A DNA stretch of 64,000 bases. It comes from Chlorokybus atmophyticus (Eukaryota; Plantae; Mesostigma and Chlorokybus algae). Location: NCBI GenBank assembly GCA_009103225.1, contig RHPI01001715.1:386999-450998 (forward strand), written 5' to 3'. The position numbers and the translations under genes are program-made. The stretch's first letter is position 1; every line of letters begins with the position of its first letter. This document shows positions 38,493 to 51,100 of this stretch, in pieces. The notes beneath the pieces are model-generated. The model saw only the letters and a list, made by a program, of their open reading frames with translations. It was not told where the DNA came from and made no database searches.

Positions 38493-38952
38493 TGTTGAAG
38501 AAGCTAGCAAGACATGTAGCTAAGGCTGATGCTGGACATGCACACACACAACTCTACAGCCGCGAGAGCATACACAAGAGCAACACTTTCACTTGATTAC
38601 AACTCAAGCACGGGCTTTTATACCCGCTGCAGATACACCTGTCTACTCTAGAAGCAACTGTGTACGCTACACGTTACCTAGCATCATGAACTTAAGTGCA
38701 TGACGTAGCTAACTTCAAGACCTTTCGAACAAGCTAAGCCACGCGCCAATCGGTGTAGTAACCACCGAGTTATGCGTGTTCTTCTACGCGCCTGGAAGTC
38801 GCGCCTGGAACCTTCTCTTCGACTGGAGTCTCCGCCTAGAACCTTCTTGAATGGAGTCCGCGCCTGGAACCTTCTGGCGGCCAAACCTTCGGAGTTGACG
38901 CCTATGCCTGTATGAAGGTCAAGGCTGACCGGATATAGAAATATCCTCAACA
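38493..38952 (-). mobile_element. Solo LTR (460 bp) with a 5-bp TSD
   Basis: TGTTGA...TCAACA termini, CCCAC on both sides (38488-38492, 38953-38957), TATAAAA on the minus strand. Its 3' part resembles the LTR at 42257-42627. Confidence 0.92.
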
Positions 38953-41900
38953 CCCACTTCTAGCACCGTTGTTGCTCGTGCACGTATAGTGTGGTAAATC
39001 TCTAGCTGTTTGACGTGCTGCTTAAAAGCAGCCGCGATGCGTCTGCGCTGTCGCGCTGCTTCCACTCCTGACAACCTCAACATGGCCTCTCGAGCTCCTT
39101 TGAAGGTGTCCATGGCTGCCGAGGCAACCTCGTCATAGGCTTGCCGTAACGAGCAAAGGAAGACGCTCAACCAGGACGACTTGGTGCCAAATGCGAACAA
39201 AGGGACTGCGGGGTGATTGGTGACTAGCCAAGTTACTAATCTCGCTCTCGCGCTGCATTGCCACCTTCTCGCATCCCCAACATCCGTCTCAGGCCTATGC
39301 CTTCTTGTCGATGTAGCATGGTTGCTTGTCGCAACAAGGTAGTGCGAATTTGCTGTTCTCCCACTGAGCCTGCTCCATCCCATTGTGTACACCCTTGTGG
39401 TGTAAGGTAGCCTCTTTGAGAATCTCGTTGTTCGTCAGGCAAGTCTTCCACTAAGGCGGGTAGCAGCGGGGCGATCACCCCCCTGGTTTGTTGGGCCAGC
39501 GCCCTCACCTGGTTAATGTCGGGCTCAACGGCGAGAGGCGTCGAGCTGGACGATGGGCCAGCGATTGTCGGTTGAGGAACGGAAGCGCGAGCAGCAGCAA
39601 GGGCTTGCGTTCTTGCGTTGATGGTTGCAGTTTGGTCCTGCCGCCAGTTGAACGCTTGTTTAAGAGCGGTGTAGCGCTCGTGGAGCCGATAATACAGAGG
39701 GTTCTCAGTGCTGCGTCGCTTTTTAAAGGCATATCGGCTGCATCAATGATGTGCTGCTGCACATTGGGTTGCCGGTCTCGATATGTGTCCAGCGGACTTG
39801 GCTCGAATGGCTCGCAACGGATGTGTACGGGCTGGCGTGGCGCGGTCTGCATGTTGTTGTGCAGAGTTCAGCCAGCTGCAGGGCCAACTCCAGCACAACA
39901 ACTATTCTGACCACAAAGACGCGTTCTCGCATGGGAGGCGCCATGCCGGCGAGGATTTCATTCTCCAGTTGCCGCTGAGTCTGCTCTGCCAGGGTGTGCT
40001 ATTCAAGCAGCGGGATCACTGCGTTTAACGCGCGTGGTGTGCTCTCCTCCTCGGCCAAAAGCAGCATCGTAGTGGGATTTGCTCCACGCATGATGGTCTC
40101 CCATGCGCGCTCAGCTTGCTGACCTCGCGGGACAGCCTGAGTGACATCGAGGACGGGCAACGTAGCTGTGCGCATTGCTGTTGTGGCAGCAAACTCAACA
40201 ATGGCACTGGCAGTGGTTGCGATAGTGCCGCTCTCCGCGAGAGTGGTCTCAATGCAAACACAAGTGGTCCTATAGCTGGCGGAGCGAGACCGATGCGGTC
40301 GACTGCTGCAGAGTCGGTGACAGCAGTGGCTGTCGCCATCGTGCTCACCCATGTTGGCGTCACGGTGCCCACTGATATACCAACTTCTGGTGCAACTGGA
40401 GTAGTTGCTGCTGATGCTGACGGAGTTGTTGACGCAGCCGGTGTGGCTGTTGCTGCTGATGCAGCACCATTGGTGGCTTCAGAGAAGGTAGCTGCTGACG
40501 ATGTTGCGGCTTCCCCTCGTGCTCGTCGGGATGGTTAAACGCGCAACGGAGTGCTCATGTCTCTCGTGCGCTCCGGAGCCATCAGTGCCCATTGGGCAGA
40601 GTAGCAGGCGCGGTAGTCCTGCTCCTTGTCTTCCTCCAAGCGTGCCATACGCGCCATGAGAGCAGTAATATGGTCACCAGCTGGCGGGTTGGCTAGAGCC
40701 TTGGCGGCAACAGCAGCAGCACGCGGACGTCTTTCCAGTCCCCTGCGCTGAGGAGAACAATTCTTCCCCCTGTAGCCTCGTTCTTCTTTACGGGCGTTGG
40801 CGCAGTTGTTGTTGTTGTTATGGCCTCCAGTGTGGTTACTATGGTAGCCACCAGAGTTGTTGCCGTTGTGGCCTCCAGTGTTGTTGCTGTTGTAGCCACC
40901 AGTGCTAATGCCGTTGTGGCCTCCAGTGTTGCTGCTGTTGTAGCTACTAGAGTAGTTATTGCTGTAGCTGTTGGCAGGTCTCAACTCAGGGAACTTGAGC
41001 CAACAGACTGACTCCAAGTGACCCGTCTTGTGATAGTGGTCGCAGACCTGGGTTGAGTACTCTTCGGTGCACTCCTTTTTGTAGTGTCAAAGCCGTCCAC
41101 AACGATAACACAGCACAGGGGCAGGCAAAGTAGTATAAGCTGAGCGTTTCCCTTTATCGCGTGCTGGTGGAGCATCCCGGCAACGTTCGCGGCGAGGAGG
41201 CTCAGTAGTTGTGCTGGCTATAGGCCGTGAGGCATTGCGGTTGATGTCCAGCACTGCCTTCTCACACACCAAGCGCTTGTCAATGGCTTGTGCAATCTCA
41301 AAAGCTTCCTTGTGCGTACAGCCAAGGGGCCTGAGGCTGCTGTGGTTTGGGGGCAGGCGCGTCAACTCGCTCAGGGTTGCATCCAACTTATTGACCACTG
41401 CAGCAGCCTCGTCACAGATCTTGTAGTCGATTTCCTTCAACGGCCCTTCCAGTCTGGAGTACAGGTGTAGAGGGTCCTCGGTGAACTTGCATCAAAATCG
41501 TCTCAGCTCCTCCACTTTGCCGGTGGTCTGAGGTGGGAAGGTGTGACGAAGTGCAGCGTATAGAGACTTGAGTAGAGAGTCGGAGATAAGATGGCAGCAC
41601 CTACGGTAATGGCTGGTGCGCGCAGTGCAATTGACGTAAGGGTGAAAGCACTGCCTCCCGCACGAGAGCCAGGTGTTGCCAGAGGTAGAGGTGTGCCCAC
41701 CTCAACGGCTGCAGCTCGTTGCTCTTTAAGGATAGCAGCAGATTGGTCCAGGATCCGATCCCGTCGTGGTCTCATTCTCTGCAGGGGTCAGGTTGACGAT
41801 CACCAACTCAAACTCCTCCTCCTCTGCCCTGTCGATGGCTGCAGCGATAGACAAGCCGGTGACTGCAACGGGAGTGGCAGGCGGAAAGACGGCTGCTGGA

Positions 41901-42256
41901 CTGTGCAATAACGCAGATGCTACAGTGCTGGCGAGCTCCTTATAGCCATCAACTCGATGCAATCAGCAACAGACTTCCAGACATCGTGTGCTTCATGGTC
42001 CAGATACTGAGCAGCAATGTGGAAAGAAATCTCATCTGACCAGTCTTTGTTCTTCTGAAGTTGCTGTCGCATCTTTAAATAAAACTTGATGATAAACTCG
42101 TCTAGTAAGGTAGTGCCAGCGCGTCCGGAGAAGCGCAGGGATGTGGTTGAGCTAAAAACCTCCATCTCGTAGTCGTCACTGTCGGACGATAGTGGGGAAG
42201 CTCGATGGTGAGGAGTAGATTGGAACAAAGTGAAGCCGGAGACAAAACGCGAGCCT

Positions 42257-42627
42257 TGCTGAAGGACTAGCATGCACATGTAGTTGAGGCAAGCATAGAC
42301 ACACATAGACAGAGCTACCGCCACCTGAGCATACACAAGTCACATCACATTCATCTATTACAAGTTGGCCCGCTGGTTCTTATACCAGCCAGTTACACAC
42401 ACGTCTACGTTTGCAAGCACTGCGTAAGCTGTGCTTAGCCTTTTGACGCGCTCTAAGCTGCGTTGTTTTTTTTACAACCAGAGCTTTCCAACAAGCTCTC
42501 ACACGCCTAGTATGAGTAAGTATACGCGGAGATACGAAGCAGTTAGTAAGGCTCCAGTCTGAAGTCCGGAGTCTGGTCCGACGACACCATCTTGCTAAGT
42601 CCGGACCTAGTGCTCGTCCTTACGACC
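42257..42627 (-). mobile_element. Probable 5' LTR of the methyltransferase-bearing Gypsy element
   Basis: Lies just upstream of gag. On the minus strand it has GGTATAAG..., CTTGTGTATGCTC and ends CTACATGT..ATGCTAG.CCTTCAGCA, parallel to the solo LTR end. The 5' TG is degenerate and no canonical PBS is seen. Confidence 0.6.
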
Positions 42628-42860
42628 TTTTACTCCTGTGTGGAGGGTCGATGCTGATCGTATGTAGGAATGACTCTCAACAAGCCTTTGCTGCTGCGAT
42701 CGTTGCTCTCGTTGTTAGTCCGCTCGTAGGTGAGATTGGAGGTTGGGCTCCAGCTGCTGAGGTCACCCTCGCCTACTGGAGAGAACGGGGTGGGCCTGGT
42801 CATACAGCTAGTCCACAAGTGAAAGTGTATGCAGGGTAGAATGCTTGTGCTCTACTGTCG

Positions 42861-43383
42861 GTCTTGATGCTGCTACCACTTACCACACTAGCGTTTGTGT
42901 GCGCACTACGTGATGACAATGATGACGAATGTAAGGAGATGTATCCCAAGGTGCAAACTACACTATCTGATGCAGAATGGGATGCATTCACTAGCATAGA
43001 GGATGACACTGTGAGTAAACAAGCCACTACAATAGGTAGTGCTGCATACAAAGTTTCTTGCATGAGTGGATGATGTACTGCACTGTTAAGTGAGGTGAAC
43101 AAGCAACTCAGAGATGCTATGTCTTGATGCTGCTACCACTCACCACACTAGTGCTTGTGTGCGCACTATGCGATGATAGTGATAACGAATGCAGGGAGAT
43201 GTATCCCAAGGTGCAGACTACACTATCTGATGCAGAATGGGACGCACTCACTTGAGCAAAGAGGATGACACTATGAGTAAACAAGCCACTACAATAGGTA
43301 GTGCTGTATACACAGTTTCTTGCATGGATGATGTATTACACTGTTTAGTGAGGTGCATGAACAAGCAACTCAGAGGCTATGTC
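42861..43383. repeat. Two diverged tandem copies of a unit of about 260 bp
   Basis: Units start GTCTTGATGCTGCTACCACT at 42861 and 43121; both contain GGAGATGTATCCCAAGGTGCA.ACTACACTATCTGATGCAGAATGGGA. Confidence 0.93.
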
Positions 43384-44508
43384 GTGACTGATGTAGCAAA
43401 CACACCACCGCCAAGCTCACAACAATGACAAGCACAACGCACAAGAGCATACACTGTGTCTCACGTGGCAAGGCAGTCCTTGACAACCAGGACAATGTGC
43501 TTCCAGTTCAAGTCGCTTTACAAGCTCTTAAAGTCAGAGTCTCTACTCTTAGTACTCACTCACAGTGTCATCAGCGAGTTTGGTGACATGACTTCCTACT
43601 TATACATGTCAATTCATGACTGTGCAGTGCCACGCGGGCACTAGGCCAACAATCACATCGAGACCGTATGCTACAACAGAAGTTTCCTAAGATTCGATAT
43701 AGCACATGAGCTGATAGTAGATTCCTAACTGATCAGCTACGCGCGCTTCTTATAGAGTGGTTTACAGAGTAGCTCTAGCTACATGCTACATGGAGTACGA
43801 AGTAGCAAGCAATACATTGGGGCGCGCGCGGTCCACATGCTGGTAGCCCGAGTTTGGGGCTGGATGTAGGCATGCTTGACGAGGACTGGCATGCGAGGGT
43901 ATTTGGCATGACAATGCCCAAAACCCTAGCAAATGGACAGGGGACCATGCGTGCCCAGTGCCTGCTACTCGTTTAGCACTGGCGCACGTGACCTTAGGAG
44001 CGAAAGACCAGGTGAGATGTGTCGTCGTGCCCAGGCAGGATGCCAAATAATCTGATCCAGGTTGCTGCTAATATACCGCTCCAACCGTGGTCCGTGATTT
44101 GCATGAGCCAGTGCTGGACAATGTTGAGTGCTGTTCCGAGACCATGCATGGTCTACGAGGCCCGCTTACGACCGTACCAGCACAGCATGGTCCCACTTGT
44201 GAGAACTATGATTGGTCCGTACAGTACATGTGTTCTGTACCAGTGCTGGTCACATGCCCTGCCTCATGAGCCGCATGGCATGCGACCAGCCCGTGTCCTA
44301 TTGCTCAGGCCGCGTGCAAACTAGTGGTGTACCGATCTACAAGCCGCGGGACACGCGATCAGCCCTGGTCCGGTCATTCGGACCATACCGGCGGGCTCTG
44401 CAACCGAACCACCGGTGGTCCGATCACGCCGGACCAATCGCGGCACTGGTACGCTGAGCTGTGCCAAACACGGTTTGTGCACCGCCTTCGACTGGTCCGC
44501 ACGTAACA
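43380..44508 (-). mobile_element. LTR-like sequence of about 1.1 kb
   Basis: TGT...ACA termini, many TGGTCC/GGACCA subrepeats in 44080-44500, a TATA-like CTATAAG, and a diverged relative at 6440-6640. The flanks do not form a TSD. Confidence 0.55.
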
Positions 44509-44509
44509 A

Positions 44510-44763
44510 GCCCTGTGCAATCTAGCAATGGATTAATGTCACCAAATGAAACTCCCTCACATTTAAACCAATGAGTGCCAGTGCTTTCCTGGAGTTTTGG
44601 TCTCAGATAGCGCTCCGACTTGTGAGTAGGGGTCAGCCTCCTCCGGGTTCACAAAGTCCCACAAGCTCTCGTGCTCGAACAACCACTTCATGTGGTTGCT
44701 CCAGGTGTTGAAGTTGTCGTCTCCGAACGGCTCAATCACCACCTTGTCATAGCTGATCGTCAT
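44510..44763 (-). mobile_element. Ty1/Copia gag N-terminal fragment
   Basis: MTISYDKVVIEPFGDDNFNTWSNHMKWLFEHESLWDFV followed, after a frameshift, by KALALIGLNV; this is the typical Copia gag start. It is cut off by the adjacent LTR-like sequence. Confidence 0.75.
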
Positions 44764-45336
44764 AGTACCACGTGTAGAAATGGGTTTTGGCAAATCAGGT
44801 TGGATCCGCAACTTTGTAATGGACGACGCCGGACATTATTTGCAATTTCGTAAATTTTACGGCAGATCCGTATAAATGTTATAGCTGCAGCCAAAATTTT
44901 ATTGCGACTTGTCACAAATGGCAATCCGTCAACTCTGCTGACTGGGATTAAAGAGGGGCACGTGACTGGCGGCGGCAGCGGCGGCGGCAGCCTGGGTGTG
45001 GCTCTTGGCGTGATCTTTGGCGGCTGTCCTTGCGGGGTGTGGCTGGTTCCCACCCCGCGAGACTCTTCTACCCTCTGTCCTTGGGAGGCGGTGGCCCTGC
45101 CGCTCTCTTGTTGACCCGTTTTTGGTGAACGGCTGGTCAACGACCGCCTGCCGGCTCGTTGCTCGTAGTCCAGAGCTGATCGGCAAGTTTCTTCGGCCTG
45201 GTCCTCTCCCCCTCCACCCTCTCAGCCCCCTCCATCACCAGCTCAAGGATGTCTGCGACTCCTATGTCTCCTGCTGGAGCTGGCTCAGCCTCGACGCCCG
45301 TGATGCCTCCATCCCCGGCCTGGCAGTCGGACGCAA

Positions 45337-48136
45337 TGGATCAGGACGCTCGCCACCCGCTTGCGTCCCGATCCCCCACCTCCGGCACGTTTGGGGCTTA
45401 TAAAAAAAGCCCCCCCTCCGCAGCTAAGTTGTTTTCCAGCTTGGTTTCCTCCTCTACCTTGGTTTCCCCTTGTGATGCGGTTGATGAGGTTGCTAGAGCA
45501 GCCGTAGACTCTAGTGCATTCACGGCTTGGCAAATTGCACTCTCCTCTGGTGCTCTTATCTTCACGTTCCCTTTTGTTAACTTCGATTCATCCACTTCTT
45601 CTGATAGCATTCGCACTAGTCGGTTGTCTTGGATAGCAACTGTGTGCTCGGATAGCGCCTCCATCCCTATGTACTCGTCTATTCACTGCCTCCCGGGGGG
45701 AGAAGTACATGTTGTTTTCTCCTCCCCCGAGGCTGCAATTGCAACTCTCGGCCGATACACTGCAGGCACCCTCCCCCTCTGGAAAGGTTCTCCTGTTCGT
45801 GCACGGCGCTAGGAGGACGATGCGGTGGCCAAGGATTGGATCTCCTTTCCCAATGCCCCCCCCNNNNNNNNNNNNNNNNNNNNNNNNNNNNNNNNNNNNN
45901 NNNNNNNNNNNNNNNNNNNNNNNNNNNNNNNNNNNNNNNNNNNNNNNNNNNNNNNNNNNNNNNNNNNNNNNNNNNNNNNNNNNNNNNNNNNNNNNNNNNN
46001 NNNNNNNNNNNNNNNNNNNNNNNNNNNNNNNNNNNNNNNNNNNNNNNNNNNNNNNNNNNNNNNNNNNNNNNNNNNNNNNNNNNNNNNNNNNNNNNNNNNN
46101 NNNNNNNNNNNNNNNNNNNNNNNNNNNNNNNNNNNNNNNNNNNNNNNNNNNNNNNNNNNNNNNNNNNNNNNNNNNNNNNNNNNNNNNNNNNNNNNNNNNN
46201 NNNNNNNNNNNNNNNNNNNNNNNNNNNNNNNNNNNNNNNNNNNNNNNNNNNNNNNNNNNNNNNNNNNNNNNNNNNNNNNNNNNNNNNNNNNNNNNNNNNN
46301 NNNNNNNNNNNNNNNNNNNNNNNNNNNNNNNNNNNNNNNNNNNNNNNNNNNNNNNNNNNNNNNNNNNNNNNNNNNNNNNNNNNNNNNNNNNNNNNNNNNN
46401 NNNNNNNNNNNNNNNNNNNNNNNNNNNNNNNNNNNNNNNNNNNNNNNNNNNNNNNNNNNNNNNNNNNNNNNNNNNNNNNNNNNNNNNNNNNNNNNNNNNN
46501 NNNNNNNNNNNNNNNNNNNNNNNNNNNNNNNNNNNNNNNNNNNNNNNNNNNNNNNNNNNNNNNTCCGCCCTCCCTCTCTTCCGCGCCCCCTCCGCCTCCC
46601 CCCGCACCCGCCCTTCGCCCTCCTCCTGCTGCTGGCCCTGCCCCACCGCATAGCGGCGCCTTCGGCCCCGCCCCAGTAGGCCGCAAAGCTCGTGCACGCA
46701 AGCCTGCCTCTGCTCCTCAGCTGGGCCAACGCACCTTGGCCGACTTCATGCCCGCCTCCTCCTCCCAAAGCTGGTTCGCCATGGTTGAGGAGGAAGAGCG
46801 AGCTGCCTCGCCCCCTCGCTCGGAGATCGTCGCCCCCCCGGTGCTGCAGCTCGAGGAAGTCCCAGCGGCCTCTCTCCAGCCATGGCTGAGCGCGTGCTTG
46901 CAGGCCGAGGATCTGCCCCCTCCCCCAGCACCGCCCTCTGCTCTCTACATTGCGCCGTGCGTGCTCTCTCCCGCCTGCCCTGATTCGGGGGTGTTGGAAG
47001 CCTCCATCCTTTGCACGGATGTCGGCAAATCTTCCGGCCTGCTCTTCATGAGAGCTCAGCCCCCTCTCCCTCTCTCCGCTCTCCCCCCTCGCGGCTTCCT
47101 TCGCTCGAAAGTCCGCCGCTCTTTGGAGAGGGTTAAGTTTCATCTTGACCCTGCCACGGAGGACCTGGCAGTTGACTGGAGCCTGAGTGAGGCGTAGCTG
47201 TTGGCCATGGAAGACACGGGCTCCGTGCTTTTGCTGGTGCCAGTCCGCGCCCCGGCCTCACTGCCCCGCGCCCCCATCCCTTCCTACCAGCAATAGCATA
47301 CCCTTTCTCACTGGAACTCCGCCCTCCTCTCTCACCGTAAGCCGTCCTCTCTCTCCTCTGAGATTGCTGCGGTTGTGGATCGCTGGCGGCAGGCTCATCT
47401 CAGCCCGTCGACGCCCGCCCATGATGCGACCCCCCCCTCTTCAGAGGCAGCCACCCATCGCGCAGGCCCCAAGTCGGTTGTGAAGCGCCTCTTCTCCCCC
47501 CCGCCTGCCACCTCCGCGTTGCCGGCGTCACCAGCTCCGACACACACTCGGGTGCGCCTTCTCTCACCATTCCGCCCTCCCCCGGACACCCCGGTGGCGA
47601 TGGCAGTAGTTCTTCGCTGCTCGCGTGCGACGTGGTGGCTGGGTGTTCGGCGTCTCCCCTCTCCTCAGGACGGCCCCCCCTTTTCCCTTCCCTCCATCGT
47701 CCCCTCTCCCTCCCCGGGGGAAGAGGATCGGGCTCTCCTTCACGCTGCAGCCGCCCTGCTCGGTGTGTGTGGAGACGTGCAGTGGCGTTACTGGCCGGAA
47801 GCCCGACACACTCTTCCAACCAGCTCCCCTGGCTCCTTGCTTGTCTGGTCGGTCCGCCTCCCTGGCGACCCGGACGATGCCATGGTGAATGTCTCGGCCA
47901 GCCAGCCCGCGCTTTGGTTGGACGTGGCCAAGCTTGAAGGCGTGCGGGGAGGTGCAGCCTCGCTGCTCGACGACAGGTCCTTGGCTGGCCTTCGCCTTCT
48001 TCGCGCCTCTCCCTCCCCTCTCCACGCACTCATGCCAGACTCGGACAGCTCTCTAAGGGATGTGCTGTACGACACGGCGGCACCTCGGGGGTTCTTTGAC
48101 ATTGCTGCCCTGCTCGGCCTGCCCACGGATGACTGA
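45337..48136 (+). pseudogene. LINE ORF1 (long, Pro/Ser-rich; disrupted; partly in a gap)
   Basis: One frame runs from 46564 to 48136 through two in-frame TAGs (47195 and near 47290). The 5' part starts at ATG 45337 and has a stop at 45812. The final stop overlaps the ORF2 start (ATGACTGA, 48129-48136). Confidence 0.65.
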
Positions 48137-51100
48137 TTGCCTGCGAGACCCCTTGTCTATTTCGACCTGGAATGTCCGCAGCCTCAATGCCTCATCCTCC
48201 TCTCTCGGAGCCAACAAGCGCTCACGCTTGCTCACGCGCTGGCGTGACTGGTGCCTCCCCCGCAATTCAATTCTGTTCTTGCAAGAAACAAAACTCTCCC
48301 CCTCCTCCATGTGGCTTCGCCGTTTCTGGGGTGGGGGGTCCGTCTGGTCTCATGCTGACGGCACCAGAGGCGGGGTGGCCATTCTCTGCCCTCTTCTTTG
48401 GTCAAAGTACGTGGTTGACCAGGGCGAGGCTGTTCCCTCTAGATGCTGCTGGTTACGCATCCGTTGGGGAGAGGGCCTGTTGTTGCTTGTGTGCGTGTAT
48501 GCCCCCACGGAGCGCACAGAGAGGGCTAGCTTCTTCACCTCTCTCCCGTCCCTCCTCCCCGCAGCTGACTGGGCGCTGCTTGGGGGGGATTGGAACGCGG
48601 TTGAAGACCCCTCCCTCGACAGGTCCCCCCCCTCTTCCTCCTCTCATGAGTCTCCGGCTCTGCTGCAGCTCTGTGAGGAGCTGCAGGTGGAGGACGTTTA
48701 CCGCACCCTCCACCCCAACGAGCTCTCGTTCTCTTGGGATAACGCGCACCTTGGCCCCTCTCGTCGGGCTGGCCGACTCGACAGATTTTACCTCAGCCTG
48801 GATCTCCGCACATGGGTGGACGACAGCTCCGTGATCAACACGGAAGTCCTCTCTGACCACCGGCGTGTCCATATCCAATTGGCGCTGCCGGGCTCTTTCT
48901 CTCCTCTCCCCGGGCTGTGGAAATGCAGCCCCTCCCTCCTCACTGACCCTTTGTTCTTCGCCGCCGCTGAACAGCTCTGGGTCTCTCGCACCCCCCCCTT
49001 CCCGGTCCCTCCTTCTCATGTCGTGGGCTGGTTCGAGGAGGGGCTGGAGGCTTTGACTGTTCTTGCCAAACAGCATGATCGCCGACGGCGCCATGCCAAG
49101 GCCCAGCACCAGCGTCGCCTCCGCGTCGATCTCTCTTCTGCTCGCGAGCGACTTGATGCTGCTCCGCAAGACATGCTCATGCACGCAGAGCTGGTCCGCC
49201 TTCAGTCCGACCTGACTGCCGCGGAAGAAGATGAGGACACGGCGAGGGGGATAAGGGCTCACTCTCGCTGGAGGCTCCAGGGGGAGCGCATGACTTCCTA
49301 TTTCTTCTCTAGAGCAAAGGCCCCTCAGCACTCCTCGGCTATCCGTTCTTTCTCTCACTCCACCACCCGTCACTCTCCTCCATTGACCTCTCAACGGCAG
49401 ATTGTGGAGGCCTGCGCGGGTTTCTACCGTGACCTCTTCACCTCCTCCCCTGTCTTGCAGCCGGCGAAGCAGGCTGCTATGCATGCTTGCTGGTCGGTGA
49501 TGGAACGCGCTCTCACGCCTGAGATGGCTGAGCAGCTGGACTCTCCTCTCCTTTTGGAGGACCTGTGGCGGGCACTGTCTAGCATGGAGCCCCACCGCTG
49601 CCCGGGACGGGATGGGCTCACGGCGGCCTTCTGGAGGAAGATGTTGCCGGTCTTGGGAGAGGGCTACTTTCGCTACTGTCTACAGGTCTTGGCCCGCGGC
49701 AGTTTGGGGGCCTCGCAAAAGGTGGGGGTGGTCTCTCTCATACACAAGAAGGGTGAACTAGGTGATCTCCGGAATTGGAGGCCAATCACCCTCCTGCCGC
49801 TGCACTACAAGATCTTGGCTAAAGCGGTAGCCTCTCGACTGGCGCCTCTTCTCCCTCTCGTGATCAGCCCGGAACAGGCTGGTTTTGTCCGGCACTGTTT
49901 CATTCTGGACAACGTGCTCTCCGCCCTAGATCTCCTCGACCTGGGCAAGGAGTCCGCCTCCTCCTGCGCTCTCCTTATGCTGGATTTTGAAAAAGCTTTT
50001 GACAGGTTGGACTGGAGCTTCATTGATGGAGCCCTCTCGGCGCAAGGTTTCGGCCCCTCTTTCCGTTTCTGGGTACGCACCCTCAACGGTGGAGGCAACA
50101 GTCAGGTGCTGGTCAATGGTGAGCTCTCAGCGGAGTTTGAGCTGCAACGCAGCGTCCGTCAAGGCTGCCCGCTGGCCCCGTCCCTCTTCATCCTAGCCTC
50201 GGAGGCTCTGGGCGCACTCTTGCGAGCGAACCCCCTGCTACGCGGTTTCCCCCTGCCTTCAATCCGCATGGGCTCCTCGGAGACTAAGGCTCACGGCGAG
50301 GAGGACGTTGAGGACATTCGTCACTTCGAGTACGCGGACGACTTTACCATTGTTTTGAAGCTGACGGCGGAGGCCCGAGTGGCCTTTTCCTCCACCATTG
50401 ATATCTATTGCCTTGCGTCTGATTCACTGCTTAGTTGGCAGAAGACGTGTGGCATTCTCTTTGGCGCCCCCCCTCCTTTCTCGGTGGCTGACTGGGAGAT
50501 CCATTGGCTTGCCCCGGGAGAGGCAGTGACGCTCCTTGGCGTTCCGATGGGCTTGTCTCTTCAACAAGACCAACTCTTCGCGGACACCATTCGAAAGATT
50601 CAATCCAGGTTGGACGTGTGGTCACGGCAAGGGCTCTCCCTGCTCGGTCGTGCACTTGTTGCCAATAGCTCCGTCTTGGCTTGCTTGTGGTACCTGGCGG
50701 CCATATGCTCCCCCTCTCGCTCCTCTCTCTCTTCCCTCCGATCGTCTTGTCGGTCTTTGTTGTGGGGTCGCGGGCAACAAGGCTCCCCGGCAAAAGGCAA
50801 GGTGCGTTGGGAGGTCCTTCGCCTTCCAAAGGATATGGGGGGCCTCGGTGTGTTGGACCCCGAGCTGCAAACTCAAGCCTTGCTTGCCAAATGGGCTATA
50901 CGCGTTCTCGACCCTACGTAAGCCCCGTGGAAAGCCCTTGCTTTCGCACAGCTCCAGCGCTGGGGCACTGAGCCCTCTTCGGGGGTGCAATGGGTGCTCC
51001 CGGCCTGCACTCTGCAGTCCTCGGGGCTCCCCAACTCTCACCTCCCCCGCCACTGGCAGTCTATTGTCAAGGCCTGGCTCGGAGTTCGACCTCTGTCTCC

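Larger units (their letters stand above)
34850..42627 (-). mobile_element. Decayed Ty3/Gypsy LTR retrotransposon with domain order gag - protease - C5 DNA methyltransferase - RT - (deleted RNase H and integrase core) - integrase tail
   Basis: Gag relic 40500-42175 (FSG...LDEF...YLDHEA..VW; knuckle CYRCGRL*HYKKEC), protease LDSGAQ at 37858-37872, DNMT 36240-37190, RT (MCGDYRPLN...DRYSMP...GYNQI...KTFFW...LKNAP...YIDNILIFS) 35330-35960, integrase end YSPYYLLFGR...KNNMVNCAPC. Many stops and frameshifts; no 3' LTR recognised. Confidence 0.88.

Noticed and set aside
47125-47150. RVKF in LINE ORF1 as a PP1-docking RVxF motif
   Set aside because: A four-residue motif is expected by chance in a protein this long, and there is no conservation evidence.
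48453-49595. 380-aa antisense ORF (and 50622-51521) as extra LINE genes
   Set aside because: These are shadows of the GC-rich ORF2 on the opposite strand with no domain signal.
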